From the NCBI RefSeq assembly GCF_964355755.1, contig NC_092679.1:16909432-16973431 (forward strand): DNA of 64,000 nucleotides, given 5' to 3'. A program made the translations under genes and the position numbers. This stretch comes from Antedon mediterranea (Eukaryota; Animalia; Echinodermata). Position 1 is the stretch's first letter; every line of letters starts with the position of its first letter. Below are positions 38,901 through 54,600 of the stretch, in pieces. The notes beneath the pieces were generated by a model, which was given only the letters and a program-made list of their open reading frames with translations, made no database searches and was not told the DNA's origin.

Positions 38901-41900
38901 CTGTATTATTCAAATTAATTAATTTTCAGTATATCACTGGGCAGAATTAATGTTCTGTGCCGGTTTTTATATCTATATTTTAGAGTATCGATTAATTAAT
39001 TGCCATAGAAAAACTTTAAACCATATACATATTTATCAACCTTATATTTGAATGGGCATAATTGAACAGTAATTTTCAAGGAAATATGTATGTTTTGAAT
39101 TTAATTTTATGTATATTAATAGAAAGATCAATAAAATATGAAATTTAGCACATACTTTCAACCATAATTGAATTATAAATATTATGGAAAACAATGTAAA
39201 ATTTGACATTGAAATTGTTGGTTTAAACAATTTTTTTATTATCATGGTTTATACTGTACTATATTTGGCTATATGTACAAAATGTGTCTTTCAAAACTTT
39301 ATACAAACATCAGTTTCTAAGACAATGAGGGCGCTGTCATTTTTGTACCGTTAAATCCGTGTTCTCGAGCAGTGAATATTACACAATAACTGGGAAATTC
39401 TACAAATTTCAAAGATTTTGATTTACTTTAAAAAGTTTAGATGGTAAAATATCTGACTTTTGAGAATCAAGCTTCTGTAGTGCATGTATTAGTTGTCAAT
39501 TAATCTATCTATCTGTGGATATGGATATCTGTCTAGATGTAAATGTCCTATTAAACCTTTAAAATGTTGAACCTATCTCCTGCATTATATTATTTTAACA
39601 GTAGAACCTCATGATGGAAAACCATGTTTAAAGAAACTTTTAGATGAAATATAATAATATTTTAACACTATGGCCAATTCATGTAAAAACCCCTATAAGG
39701 TGATAGGCCTAGTTTGCTGGTAAAAACGAACAAGGTGCAATAAATGTTTTAACCATGTATTAGCTTGACATCCTATTAATGGGACAATTTGTTTGATCCT
39801 AAAAGTGACAGGTTTTACTGTAAGATATCTTATAAAATGTTTTTTTTTTTTATAGATGATGTTTTTTGTTTTCATTGCTGCTATTATTAAGGATCTCTGT
39901 TAATATTTAACTTATTTTATATTAAAGAAATTTCTTCTTCAATTTGTTTTATTATTTTTTTGTCAAAACGTAACACAAATAACCTTGACATGAATGTTTA
40001 AATGTTTCTGCAAATTCTTTCATCTATTTCCTTTTCATCTGTTAAAAACCACAATTTAGATATAAAATGTTGATGACACAGTACAAAATTTCCGTTTTGT
40101 AAGTCATGCGCCCTCAACGTCCATACCGCAAGAGAAAAACCTTTCTAATTAGATTCGAGGTGGTCATGGCTTGAAATCCGTACTATGTGGAAAATTTACT
40201 AACATTAAATTTGTATCAGCAACTTTTAATTTTGTGTCATTGTTGACATTTCTCTCATAATGATGGTGTATTCGATAGAAATTCATAACAAATATACAGT
40301 GTATACATTTATTGGCCAAATAAACCAGATATATAACAATAAACAGATAAATAGTTTACAGAAAGACTCAACTACTTGAATAATAACAAGTTTTCTAACT
40401 CAACCTAACCACTTTTACGTGTTATTTTTATTTTTTTTTACTACAAACCTTATGTTATAGTTATTATCGTAAACAATGTGTGTATTTAAATTTATAATTT
40501 TGGCCCAACCATTTGTAGTTAATTTGTTGTTTTTTTTTTGTATTTTGATTCTTACCTATATACACAGATGTGCCTATATTAATAACACCTCTACCAGTAC
40601 AACAAAGTCCAGGTAAAGTTCCTTCTTTATTCCTTTATAAAATTCTAAATTTGTATTACTTTTGTTGAATTTATATATTTTGTTTATATTTATTTGTGAT
40701 TTATTTAAAATATTTGTTTAATTTTTTTTTACACAATGTCATGTTTCGTTGTCTTCACTTTATCACAAGCTCGGTTCACTAACATAATATTTGACGGAAG
40801 ACCTTTCAATAAACCTGAAAGGATTCATTTTCAGCTGCGGTTATTTTTATCCATAAATCTCAATTAAAAGGATAAACGTCCAAGTTAAAAAGCAAATTTT
40901 GTATTTTACACTTTGACTGATGGAATTAAATTGGCTGAGTATTGAATTAATTGTTTCCATTAAATCACAGTATAATGGTTCAAGTTTTAAATTAGGGTCA
41001 AAAGGCTATGATGAGGCTAAGATGAAAACATTTATTTTTAGTTGAATTCAATAAATAAAATGTTCTTTCTTGCTTGTTAACCGTCCTCATATTGAGAACA
41101 TCAGGCGCATCATTGTCTGGTTTCATTTGACATACTTGTTTTGCCTTGAAATTTGATATAATATTTTTCTTGTTTTATTACACCTATAACAGAACGTACA
41201 ATATAGGGAATTTTTGCTCAAGAAATATTTTCCACTTTTTGTTGAATAAGGACATAATAAAATACTGTATAATATCTCTTACTAAATTGCAACTCTCTTT
41301 CTACTTTATTCAAGTACTTGCACTTGTATTGATGAAGGGCTACTGTATCTCCATTGAGATCCAGCCACTGATACCCACAGCATTGTAATTTTTTTCAGTA
41401 ATTTGCCTTTGGATATACTAAATTTCTATTAATATAATTAAACATTATAAAGTTGAGAAAACACCAAGCTGAATAGTAAGTAATGAACTATCAGTACAAT
41501 GAATGACGTAAGATGTTGGTGTTTCCAAACTGGAAAACTGGAAACATTTGTTTATATAATTTTAGATTTGAGAATAAATTGAACAGTAAATAAATCAAAC
41601 TTTTCATGGAATTAATGGTTGCAAATGTGAAAATCATAAAACTTGCAGAAAGAGCTTGACTATACCTTGTTGTTTCAGCCTACCCATAAACACCATTATG
41701 TACATATATAATTGTGTAATACCTATCTAAACAGCTCAATCTAAAAACAATTGTTAAGATAAGCCTTTTAGTAGAATCTAAGTGGTTTGCAAATACCCGT
41801 TAGGTGTAAAAAAGTCCCTGAAAATTTACCCAGGTGTTTGAAAACAAACACTAATTCTATCCCTTCTCAGAAGATGTTAATACGAGTGGCTTAAAATTGT

Positions 41901-44900
41901 TTCTCATAAGAAATTATTCAATATGGTTTTTTGAGAAAAGGTTTCTTTGTTAGAAACTGTTGAAGGTTTTTTTAATGTTAATATATTTTGCATAATTCAT
42001 TTCAAAAAGATACAAAATGAAAAAAAACTATGGGGGATCATGGTAGGCCCTGTTGTCAGTGGTTCCCATGGGCCAGCTAAATGCTCTCTGTACCCCTACA
42101 TTCAGCTTTATCATGCATTTGGGAGCTACTGTAAGTTCACTTAATATTTGCAAGGCTTTCCATCCAGAAATGTCACCAACTTTCCTCTCTCACCCACTCT
42201 ACTGATAAAAAAAAACACCTTCATGATAATACTACCCACTCTTAATTTTCTGTACCTAGGCATAGTTTTTTTAAATATATTTATATTTATTATAATATAA
42301 TAGAAAATAATTAACGATAGAAAAATGTATACAAGCAGGTGGAAGTATCACTTATTAGATATTAGTATGATAAAAGAAATGTTACAAAACAGGTGAACTT
42401 ACATAGTCCAAAGGAAATTACTTTATAAGGGGTAAAAAAAACATTTTTAAATAACAAATAAAGAATCTAAATCTTAAACTTAAAAATGATAATGAAACAA
42501 AACGTATGATATAAATTATGTAGCAAGGAACACTAAACTAAACTATAAAAGATTAACCAGACATAGATAATGTTTAAAAAAGCTCCAGATTATTTTACAT
42601 ATGTTCATTTTGAGAATATCTTTGTATATAATTCCAGACGATGGGAAATGGGAGCAAAGTGATTACTTCTTACACATTTGTATAAATTATTTTAAAGTAT
42701 ATACTATAAAAGAAAAAAAAATTAAAAATTTATTTACAAATTTGAAAGCTTCAGATTATTTTACATGTGTTCATTTTGAGAAAATCTTTGGACAAAAATG
42801 ACAGTCGTGTATATAATTCCAGACGATAGGAAATGGGAGAAAAAAGTGGTCACATCTTGCACATTGGTATACATTATTTTACAGTATAAACTATAAAAGA
42901 AAAAACACTATAAAAAATGAAAAATTTATTTAAAAATTTAAAAGCTCCAGATTATTTTAACATATGTTTATTTTGACAGTCGTATATGATTCCAGAAGAT
43001 GGGAAATGGGAGAAAAAAATGGTCACTTCTTGCACATTGGTATACATAATATTTTAGTATTTCGTTAACTTTTGCAGTGTTTGATACAAAAAAAGGTAAC
43101 ATGACCAAAAGAGGCAAGGAGATGACACTGTAGCTTGTTGCCTACTTGATGTCCAATCTCAGGATTCTGGTTTCAAATGCAAATCATGTTCAGAACATTC
43201 AGTGCTAACTGCCTATGTGACTAATTTAGAAAGTATGGCAGGCTAATTACATTTGCTGTTTTTGGAAGTTAAATGTCCACAAAACCACATCCTGGTCTGG
43301 TTCATAGCTTTTGTCAAACTCTTCCTGAAAATGGTTTACCACTAGGCAAATTTATTGCTGGTTGAACTATTAATGCACATGTGTATTCATATTTTCAAAT
43401 TTTATAACTTGAAAAAATGCAGAGGAAAAAAGTAAACAATAAAAAAAAATGTCTGAAATGGCAGATTTAGTTTGTACATTTGAAATTAAGAAAAAAAAAT
43501 GGTCCTGTTTTGAGACAGCAACCAAGAAAATTGAGTAGCTAAAAATTGGGATGGCATTAATTTATGTCCACATAAAATTACACTACAAGCTAATCAAACA
43601 GTTAATTATTTAATGCATGCAATCAAAGCAATTATTCATGGGACTGTTTTTATTAATGTAGTACGTTCTACAATCCACTAATTTTTTTGTTTTAGATTAA
43701 CACGATTAAGAAATTTCTTAAATTAGTATACCTGCTTATTAACGGTATTGACAGATAAAAGAGAGTTCTATTTCTGTCCAAGCCTAGTTTAACTAAAATG
43801 ACTATGCTCTGTCGCTGACGATGCAAATGACAGAATTAATAAACAAGAATAAATGGCAAAGGAGCAAATAGACACACAACCCACACACCTTCAAAATTAA
43901 TTTAAATCCATATATAGTATAGTATATATTAATATTGTTTAAGTATTATACACAGTGTTGATATTGGACATTTCCTATGTATTGCTAGAGGATTTATATT
44001 AGTGTTTTTTTGCATGTAATAATAGTATTACAAAAATGATATTTTTAAGTGGGCTTTCCACACCTTTATGTCAGTTATATGATGTAAACCATTCTATGCT
44101 AGTTACATGCACCAGCAGATGGTATGCGTATGTTTGCCATAGATAATAAAAGGTGATCACATTCACGAATCAGTAAATAAATTAATTTAATGATAATTGG
44201 AGTGTAAATTTATTTTCTTCCGATTTAAAGAATAATATGAAGAGAATTTTCAGATTAAAATTATGATTTCCTAAAGGTGGATTACCAATGATCTATATAG
44301 TGTATCTAATAATAATACAGTATACCTATATAGTATATCTATATAGTATAACGGTGTAACCTATAATTGGGAACAACTAATTTCTGAGGGAAATACTGAA
44401 TGTTTCAAGGGCCCATTGGTACTTGTGAGGGACACCCCTATTAAGAGGACAATATCATGTATCCCAAATGTGTCCCCTTAATATATTGGTTCTACTGCAA
44501 GTCTGTCATGATCATGCCTAAATGTATACCATAGTAAAATATCTAATAGCATAATTTTAACGTGTACATTTGTCTGTATAGGCAATATACAGTAGTATAA
44601 TTTCTTCCATTGAAGGTTCTTGTAGCCAAACTGATCGTGCCGAATTCAACACGAATCTACGAGCTAAATTCCAAGAAGAATACAATCGTCTGCCAGCGTT
44701 GGAGACGTCCAACCACATCGGGGATGTTGAAATGCGCGTCATTCAGTGGAAATTCAATCAGCTTGATTTGGACAAAAACGATGAGATCAAACTAAGCGAG
44801 ATCAAATCACTTCAGAGGATGTTAAAAAAGTTTGTGAAACCGAAAAAATGTGCAAAAACATTTTTTGTGCATTGCTCTTCTGCGCATAACGGCCAGATTA

Positions 44901-47900
44901 CAAGGAAGGCGTGGTCACAGTGCTTAGGCCTGGCGACGAGTAAGTCCTTTATTTAAAGTAGAAATGCATGAGAATGTGAGGTTATATAGCAAGATTATCC
45001 GCACTGCATCCAATACCTGAAAAATGGTCAATGCACAAGCATAAAAGTACTACAATTTGAAACAATTTGGTAGGGAATTCCCTAAATTTTAATTTTCTTT
45101 TTAATTAATGATTATTTTTTTATTTTGATTTTCTTAACTTTTGATCGTCTTAATTTCAAAGGGTTGGAGCACAAACACATTATATTGATAGGGATAATTG
45201 CACTTTAGAGCACTGTATTGTAATGCATGTTGGAATTGAAACTCATCATTATCAATCCAGTCACCCACAAGATGAAAATTAACTTCAAAATAAAAATTTC
45301 AGCTTATAAATCATACTGGCTGCAAAAACTTATTCAAATTGACTGAACTCTCGTTTCCAACAATTTAAAGACAGCATTTGCGATTCTCAATTTTTAAAGT
45401 GTTTATAGAGGCAACTACAGTTTGATTAAAAGTGTGGTTCTCACGCTGTGAGGTTGATTGGTTTGTGAAATGATGACAAGCACGTCACAGAGCTGTCTGT
45501 TTATTAGACATTTGTTGATATATGGTTCTATTCAGAGAAATAACATTAACACTCCACGAAAATTTAATAACTTAAAATTACAATTTCAAATTTGAAAACT
45601 AATTAATACAAACCAAAGATAATTATTAGTGAATTTTACATTTAGGGATAGTGTCAAATTGATTCTACTGCAGGTACTGCAGTAACTGTTTACCCTGTTT
45701 ATTCAATACTAAATCATTTGTAGAAGAACAAAAAAGGAAATTACTGCAGTAGAATAATTTTGACCACTATCCCTTGCATCCTCAAGTAACATTTTCCAAT
45801 TTTGAATTAATAGTTTGTAGTTTTTGTTGTTGCTATGTACTATTTTTGGCAATACCAGTTGGATGTTTCATTAATAATTTTCAGTTCACTCCTAGGTATG
45901 ATTGAAAAGGCCTTTTGGATGCTTTCCCCCTCCCCATCAGGGTCAAAAGCTGTAGCTGAGCTAAGAGATACATCAGGTATCAAAGTTTCTTTCTTTTATT
46001 GTGGAAACAAGTCCAAATGTAGATACATATCGGGTGTTGGGATGTCCTCCCTAGCTTCTAAGAACATGTACCGTATACCACACAATCATACATTAGTAAC
46101 CTTTCTTTGGGTTCTGCCTTCCTTTGGGAAATTCCTATAGTAGGGAACACATTCCTGTTAAAGGGGAAATATACATTTTAACACAGCCAACCCAGGCCTG
46201 GTCTTTTAAGGCGAGTGAGTGCGATCACTCACCTAAGACTCCTAAACTGACCTTGAGGAGTGCGATTCACAACATGCTTAAATACAAACATCACACCACC
46301 TACAGCATCCTGAATGGAGTGCAATTTGTAGCACACCTATAATTTTCAAAAGACAAGGCCTGCCAACCCCTACTCAGGGTATTTCTCATTTAAGGGATAC
46401 TACTGTATGCAGGGTCATCAGGAAATTGATTTATTGATTAATGGAATGCTAAGAGAAAAAAAAGAGATATCTGTATTTCTTCAATCTTAATTATATATCT
46501 TTGTACATTCTTGCATTCTCAATTGTAACATATTACATATGCTGCTTTAATAGGGAAAAAAGGAAAAACTAGGTTAATAGAAACGTTTTTTTAAACTTTT
46601 TGCCCATTATAATATTTCACCACCGCACCCTAAATTCTTAAAATATACCTTAATCTGTAACTACATCTTTAAGCTCTTAAATCTGTTCATTCATTCTTTG
46701 GTTGGGTTAAGTTGACTTAATGGATATGTGCTCTAACATTATCTACACATAACCTTTCAGCACAGACAGATTTCGAAAATCACGTTTTATGCCCAGAACA
46801 CATTATTTTTACACAAGCTGCACATTACCGAAAACATGTCTTCCGGAGAACTTAAGATTAAGAATTATTTAAGGCCTTGCTTTTTATGTGTGGTCTACTA
46901 AAATAAGGTCAAGTTTTAATAGCAAAATAAGGACTACCCATATTCTGAACTTGGTTGAGATTAAAAGTTACTCCAATTAAACAAATTTAGATGTTAGAAG
47001 TTATTAAACACTTGGAATTGTATATGAATGTGAGCTTTTGTGGGTTTAATGGTATGGCATTTGCCTAATATGCAAGAGGTTATGGGTTCAAATCCTAGTG
47101 AAGTTCCCCTTGAACTTTCCCTTGAATTTTATTCTTTTGTTAAAATGTGTTTATATAAAATTTATATTATGTTTGTTTTCGTTATTCGTTTAATCCGAAC
47201 CCAGATGAGGAGAAGTGTTGCAAGCGCCCTCTTTTGGAAGAAGTAAATTCACGGGCCGGTATGTTTTTCATTCTTTGATTTTTTTTTCTGTTTTCACTTT
47301 CTTGTTGTAGTATTAGACAGTAGTCTAGAGATAGATTTAGTAATATTGCATATCATTCATTTGTTGTATTGATTGTAGTTGTATATAGATAGTAAATAGA
47401 GTTATTAATATTTTGTTGGTTGATTTGTTTGTTTAGAATATAGTACAGAGTACTCTAGTTGTGTTCTATTTTTTTCTTTCTTTTAATGTTACTGTAGTTG
47501 GTAGATTTTAAAGCTCAGGTACAGGCATGAATTTTAAATATAATATTTGGTTAATTGTACATAAATCAAATATTTGTAACAGAAATCGAGACGAAAAAAC
47601 ATGAATTTTCCTTAATTATGGTCAAATACAAAATTTGGCAAAATTCTTCCATAAAAACCAGGAAGACTTTTTTTCAGTAGTTATGTAGTTAACCTAATGT
47701 AATAACATGTCTGGTGACTCCCTAGACGGTGAAAAAAGATGGTGGATATACGGTGGATAATTTTTGCTATAGCATGAAAATAAAAATCTGAAGTTGAATA
47801 AAAATATCAGAAATGTAATATTCAAGTTATATTACCTATATTTAGTCATCTGATGAAATTTTTTACCACACCGTTTATTTTTCATAGCTTATTAAAATGC

Positions 47901-50900
47901 CTCTCTATTTACAAAATTTGTGTACAAAAGAATAGAGATTTTACTGTGTAATTTGAACTATCCCCCACTGATAAGAAAGTGCTTATTTTCAACAAGCTCG
48001 TGTAACACAAATAAAATCCCAAAAATTATGAAACATAGGGGAAACTATAGATCGATAATTATTGGAATGTATGATCAATATAAATTTTTTGCCCACACCT
48101 GACCTCTAAACTCATATTTATTGTTAAAAAATTTCAAATGATTTTGATAGGCTAATTGGACAAATGTATTTTAATCACACTTTTTACATGTTTAGTGTTT
48201 TATTTTATTCTATTTTAACCAATTTATTTAGTTTCAATATAAAACAATCTTTTATGATGACCACACCCAAACTTCAAAAATAAATTTAAAATATTAACAT
48301 TTTTTTCTCAAAAATAACTGCTAAATGCATGTACGGAAATAGAAGAAGTGTGATGCTAGGTTATATCAATAAATCTTGTGGACTTTAATAATCATAAAAG
48401 ATATATTACACTGTGGCCACACACAAGATAAATTTCTTGTCTGGGTCTAAACCTGTATCCTATATAGAATTAACATTGGATAAGATTTCGTAATTCGACA
48501 CTACGGAAACATTTCATATTGAGATGTTAGGTGCAACAAGGTATTTTGATTGGGGTCATATAACCAGTTATTAAACTGCTGATGACATATTGAAATTGAC
48601 ACAAAATCGCTGTCATGCGAAGACCACTCAAAATCTTTGTTTCTCTTAGCCTTTAATAAACCATAATGGATTGAAATCACACATGTATACAAATGCTGTT
48701 GGGTACACCTGGTTTGGATTTCATGTAAATCAAAAGTCGGTCATACTACACATACTATACATTACACTATAAGGATTGCGGCTATGTGCTACAAGGTATT
48801 TTGATTGGCATCGTATAGTTGGCTATTAAACCAATGGTGATGTACTGCAATAGACAACTTTACAGCTGCTTTTGCGCTTCATAAGCATTGCTTTTACAAA
48901 TGGCTCCGATACCATACAATGAATTGAAATGACACTTGCATACAGATCCTGTCAAGGAGTGGCAATAGGTCCTCTCACAAAAATATCTTTTTATCATAAA
49001 ATAAATAAACATAATCATAGTGTTGCAATCATTTTATTCTAGTGAAAATAATTTAGTTTGGCAAAAAGAAGAAACTTTGCTAAAACTTAGTCGTGTGCTT
49101 GACGTATAATACAGCAGTTTACAGTCCGTTGGTCTTGTGGTCCGTTGGTCTTGTGGCCTAAAACAATGTTATGCTGTGCTACCATGGTTGTATGTCAATT
49201 ATGAATAAATATTTATATTGAATATAAAAGGCACGGTGGCATCCATAATTCTGAAAATTCTCATCATTTCAGTAAATATTATGTGTGTAAAGAAACAATA
49301 GATGGAAGTATAGAGTGCACAGTATGATATAGAGGATCCGTTGGTAGCCCATGCGGTTCAGACAGTTGACATCTTAAGTAACTATCTACAGGTCACACTA
49401 TTATGCAAACGATCTATAGATAGGTGGTCTAGCAGTCTTTATTAATAATAATAAAAAAAATACATTACCAATAGTGTTTAATCATGTTTAATTTAGTTAT
49501 TGTGAATTTGGAATATATAGCATCTGTAATTAGAACAATTTCATATTAAAATTACTCAAAACCTAAATAGCTACAGATCACAGTATTATATTAATAAATA
49601 GATTTATATAGTGCAAATAAACTATGTCTCTATGTGCTCAGCAATAAAGAGAAAGAGTTGAAACCAAAAGGAAGAGAACAAAAAGACAAAAACACCAGCT
49701 AGCATCCAAACAGGTGTATGGGGATACACCATCACCGCTAACTGGGGATAAAGTGTGTAAGTACCCCAGTTAGCATCGGTTAAGTCTTGATCTTTTCAGG
49801 GATCCGGTGCCTCCTAGCCTAGTCAGAAAACAACAACAGGCAAGAAAGGTGAACAAAAGCAAAAATTTAAAAAAGGACTGCAGGTTATCCATCTCATAGG
49901 TGGTCTAACAGTCTTATAATTAATAAAATATACAATAACAATATAAAATACCAGTAGTTCAATTTTTTTTTTTTATGAAATGAGTCAACATTTGGAACAA
50001 TTAAAACCTTATTAGCAACAAATCAAAACTGTTTTAATAAGACTTGACATCGATCAGCTGAATAAAGAAATTAACAGACTAAATCGAGCCTGAATAAATA
50101 GTTATTGACTTCACTTAACCTGACTTCATGGCGAGCAAACGTCTTTTCTGGCCTGGTTTTCTTCGTATCAATTTCACTTGCCACCTACCTCTTTTACATA
50201 TTCACTTTTACGACTCAGTGGGTTGTATCGACAGATCAAACAGTCGTTTCCTTCAACGAGGAAAGAATCAAAATTATTGTAACTTGAGTAACAATTAGGT
50301 AACACTCTTGTGATTTAGATTATGTTTCAAAATTAAATGCTTCCTAAATTTCAACCGCATTACATTTTTTTTTTTCAGATTTTTTTTAAAAAACTTTATT
50401 ATACTAAAATTAAAAATGTTATTTTGTCTGAAAGGGTCATAGAGGTCATAACGTCATCTTCTTCATCAACAGAATGTTTAACTGTTTCCTAAACAGGAAA
50501 TATACATAATATTTGTGGTAAAATTGTCATACATTTATCTAAAAGTTTGCATTTTGAAGAATAAGGGATATTAAACAAATGTTTGCAATATCAAGTAATA
50601 CTAATATAGCCTAACAATTGATTATCATATTTATTAATTATCAACTAACTTGCATGATAGAATCTCAAATGCATGGCCTATTAAAGTGAAACATAGCAAG
50701 TTTATGCTATTTTATTAATATTGTATTGCTTCTTGTGTATGTAGTCAATGCAAAAACCTATCACACTTAAAGATGTATTGTCCCCCTGAAAAAAAATTTT
50801 TTGTTGAATATGCCATTTTAATATAACATAATAGTTATCCACTTTGACCAAAAATTGGATTAAAAAAATGTATTTTAACTGAAAAAACTGTAATTTAAAG

Positions 50901-51635
50901 CAAAAAATGGTCAAATTGGCTGCCAGCCAATAGGTTTTTGGTTGAATTTAACCATTTATTTTGTCATTTTATAAGTGAAAACATTATTGTTTCCATTTTT
51001 TTTCTATGGAAGTGATTAACTTTATTAAAACTACAAAATAACATATTCAAAGTCTGATTTAATTAATCTTCATTTTTTATGTTTTTGGGGGACAATACAT
51101 CTTTAAGTGAGATATTTCCTTTAAGTATTTCATTTAACTCAATAAATATTTCCCTTAAATTGTATCCACTTACCGTAATAGGAGATTTTTTATTTTATGG
51201 GCAAGTGTTTATCTTCTGAATTGACTCAAAATAATTTTATGAAAAAAAAGTATGTAAAAATATTTGGATTTAGGTTATTTTGAAAATTTACTTTTTTAAA
51301 TTTTTATTTATTTATTTATTTATTTGCTATTTTGTTAAAAATTGAATTTATCTAAGAATTTTTGAAAATTTGGTTTTGGGAACAATTTATAAAATAGATT
51401 CTTGCAAATTTTACCATACCAGACCTTATTGCAATAAAGACCTAAATTATTATTAGCTAAGCCTGATACATACAATATAAAACTTTATTTAAACAAAGAC
51501 CATATTGTGCTGTCAAATAAAATTGAAATATTGTAATAAAACATATTTAAATTTTGATTACTTCAGTTGTCTCAAACAAACAAACATGCAGTTATTGATG
51601 CAAGATACCTATATACATATAGCATATTGTTCCAA

Positions 51636-51666
<31 letters not shown>

Positions 51667-54600
51667 GTTGCTATTTTAATTTCTTCTGACCAATTTTTTA
51701 CCTGATAGAACTATGTACGATTTAAGTGTTTGTTTAAATTTGGCAAAAGTAAATAACTTTAAAGTTACCTAAAAAGTGAAATATGAAGTATGAAATATAT
51801 CAGAATGTTCTTTTAAATCACATTTTTTTTTATATATAGATGATACACTGCTTGAAAAACCTGAAAAGACTACATCTCCTCCTGATGGTAAGTTAGTAAG
51901 ATTGTAATACAGTAACCTTCAGCACCTTATATTAAAGGGACCACTTCAGCACCTTAAATTAAAGGGACACCTTCAGGTCTTTTAATTAAAGGGACACCTT
52001 CAGTGCTTTTAATTAAAGGGACACCTTCAGCACCTTAAATAAATAGGACCACTTCAGCACCTTAAATTATAGGGACACCTTCAGAGCTCTTAATTAAAGG
52101 GATACTTCAGCACCTTAAATTAAATGGACACCTTCAGGTCTCTTAATTAAGGGGACCACTTCAGGACCTTAAATTAAAGGGACACCTTCAGCACCTTAAA
52201 TTAAGAGACACCTTCAGCACCCTAAATTAAAGGACACCTTCAAAGCCCTTTAAACGAAGTTAATAATGTACACTGAATATGTGTTGGCCTTATTTTAAAA
52301 ACATATTGCTCCATGTTACTGTTAGCTAAAATGCAAAAGTACTTATGCACATATTCATCCGGTTACTAACACACAATCAAGTGAGTGAACAAAACAAACC
52401 AATTTTAAAGTGCACGCAAGGATATGAAATAGAAAGTTTCCCTCAACATTTCATTTACATATAATCCTGATAATGTTCTAATGGCATCTGACAGCTATCA
52501 GCTGTCAAATTTACCTCACCTCTGAGTGGCTTCCATTCCATACTTTTGATGGAACTGTAAATTTTATTCTTGAATTTAGATTGAATGAATGAAACATTTC
52601 ATTTCAGTAATTGAGTTATTTGCGATTGCATTTTAACTTTTTAACCTTTTCGTGACATGCAGAAATATAGGCCTTTAAATAAATCCTGTAGAACCATTTA
52701 AAATCTTACTAAACACTAGATCTTGTCAGATTAGACATTTCTAAATACTATGTTTCGATTCTTTTTTACTCTTCTGTGACATGCAAAAATGTAGGACTTA
52801 AGGTGATCCAATTAAAGGAGATTTTTTTTCAGAATTTTGCTAGCACACTACATTTTCTAAGACTAAACTTTTCTAAAATGGTAGCCAAAAAAAAATGTTT
52901 TGGTTTACTGTACTTAAGTTAAAGAAGAAGCATTCAAAATATGTTGATGTTTTTTTTTTACAAAATCATGTACTACGCAGATTCTTGGATTAGACATTTC
53001 TAAAACGGTTACAAAAAAAACTAATTTCAATTTTGTGTTAAGCTCTTCTGTAACATGCAATAAATGGATATTGTATTCAGAATTTTACTAAAACTAGATT
53101 TTCTGACAGAAGTTTAAAAATAGATTAAAATTATCTAAAAAAAAATTAAATTGTGTTCCAACACTCATGTTTTTAACTGAGTATTAAATTGAAAATGTTG
53201 GTAATTTTAACGTTCAAACACCATTTAGCCAGTGAATATTTCTAGTCGATGAATGTGACTATTGTTTTACTATCAAAACAGACATAAACAATTAACTACC
53301 TAAAACTGTAACCAATTATTCAGTGAACTGTTACTGAAAAATGTTACTTAAATTTCAAATAATTAAATTCTATATCTTGCTAAACAAGTTCACATTTCAT
53401 TTATAAGAAAATCTGAAACTTTATCAAGCACCTTTAAGTTATTCTGGCTGCTGAATCGAGACATTAGGGTGCCTCAAAGTATATCCCACTTCATAATACT
53501 ACTTCAAGTTATGCCTCAAAAGGACAAGTGCACTAAAGGGATATATTGTATCAATATTCAACATTAAATTGTTGACAGAGACAAAAAGTGCTGGAGAAAT
53601 TTGAATCTTAGAGTTGTCCATGTATTAATTAAACCCATTATAAATACAGCCCTGGGGAAGAACAACAATGTGTTGATCTAGGCATCAATGGATAAATAAA
53701 GCAAATAGCCTATACATGCAGTATGCTTTAAATTAATTTAGTCTTACAAAATAATCTAAAGAAATCTAAATAAAAAGACAAAAACAGTTAACATCGCTGT
53801 CAAACTTGCTAATCACCCTTAGACAGTACAACCAGAATAAAAAAATTTAATTAAAAACAAGTCGCTGTAGGTAGAACATATGGGTTTTGTCAAGAAAAGC
53901 ATCTATAATATCTTAAGTATCATAAATATTTGTCTGTCTGTTACATCACAACAACATATGTGGAACATTGGAACTTTCTGTTCTTAAGATTGAACCAGTA
54001 ATATGATTGTGTACGTTTTCTACTGACAATTATCAATTTATTATTAGACTACCCGTGTAACGTAGAACGTGCCGACGCTTTAGCAAAGGAAAAGCAAGCA
54101 CCCGAGAGAGGCGTGTTCATCCCACGGTGTATAGGCAGCAACTACGACCCCATACAATGCCACAAGGAAGCAAAATACTGTTGGTGTGTTAATGTTACAA
54201 CTGGACACCCTATCAGTGGAACGTCTCTGAAAGTTGACGTATCTATTCCTGGTTTTGCGTCTACACTGAACTGTAACCAAAATGTTGAAACGAGTACAAA
54301 CAAAGTTGATTCTACACCAGCTCCTGCTGTTTTTAAAGGTAAAAATTGTTAATACACTCTTCCTCTAATTAAAAGATCATTTATGGGACCCAGGTTTTAG
54401 TGATCTTTAGTAGCTTTGGTCTCTAGAATCCCTTTAACTGAAGACCGCCACTAGAAGTGGTCTTTCAATTACACTATTTAGCGGGAAATTTAAACGTCAG
54501 AGTGGTTACTGTACTACGCTATCTCCCATACTAGAACTTTTAAACATTTTACTGAACTTTGGAAATTTGGTAAAGCAGACTTCATAACATGTTTAACAGA

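Noticed and set aside
47040-47100. tRNA gene
   Set aside because: Box A/B-like motifs are present but there is no acceptor stem; more likely a decayed SINE head.
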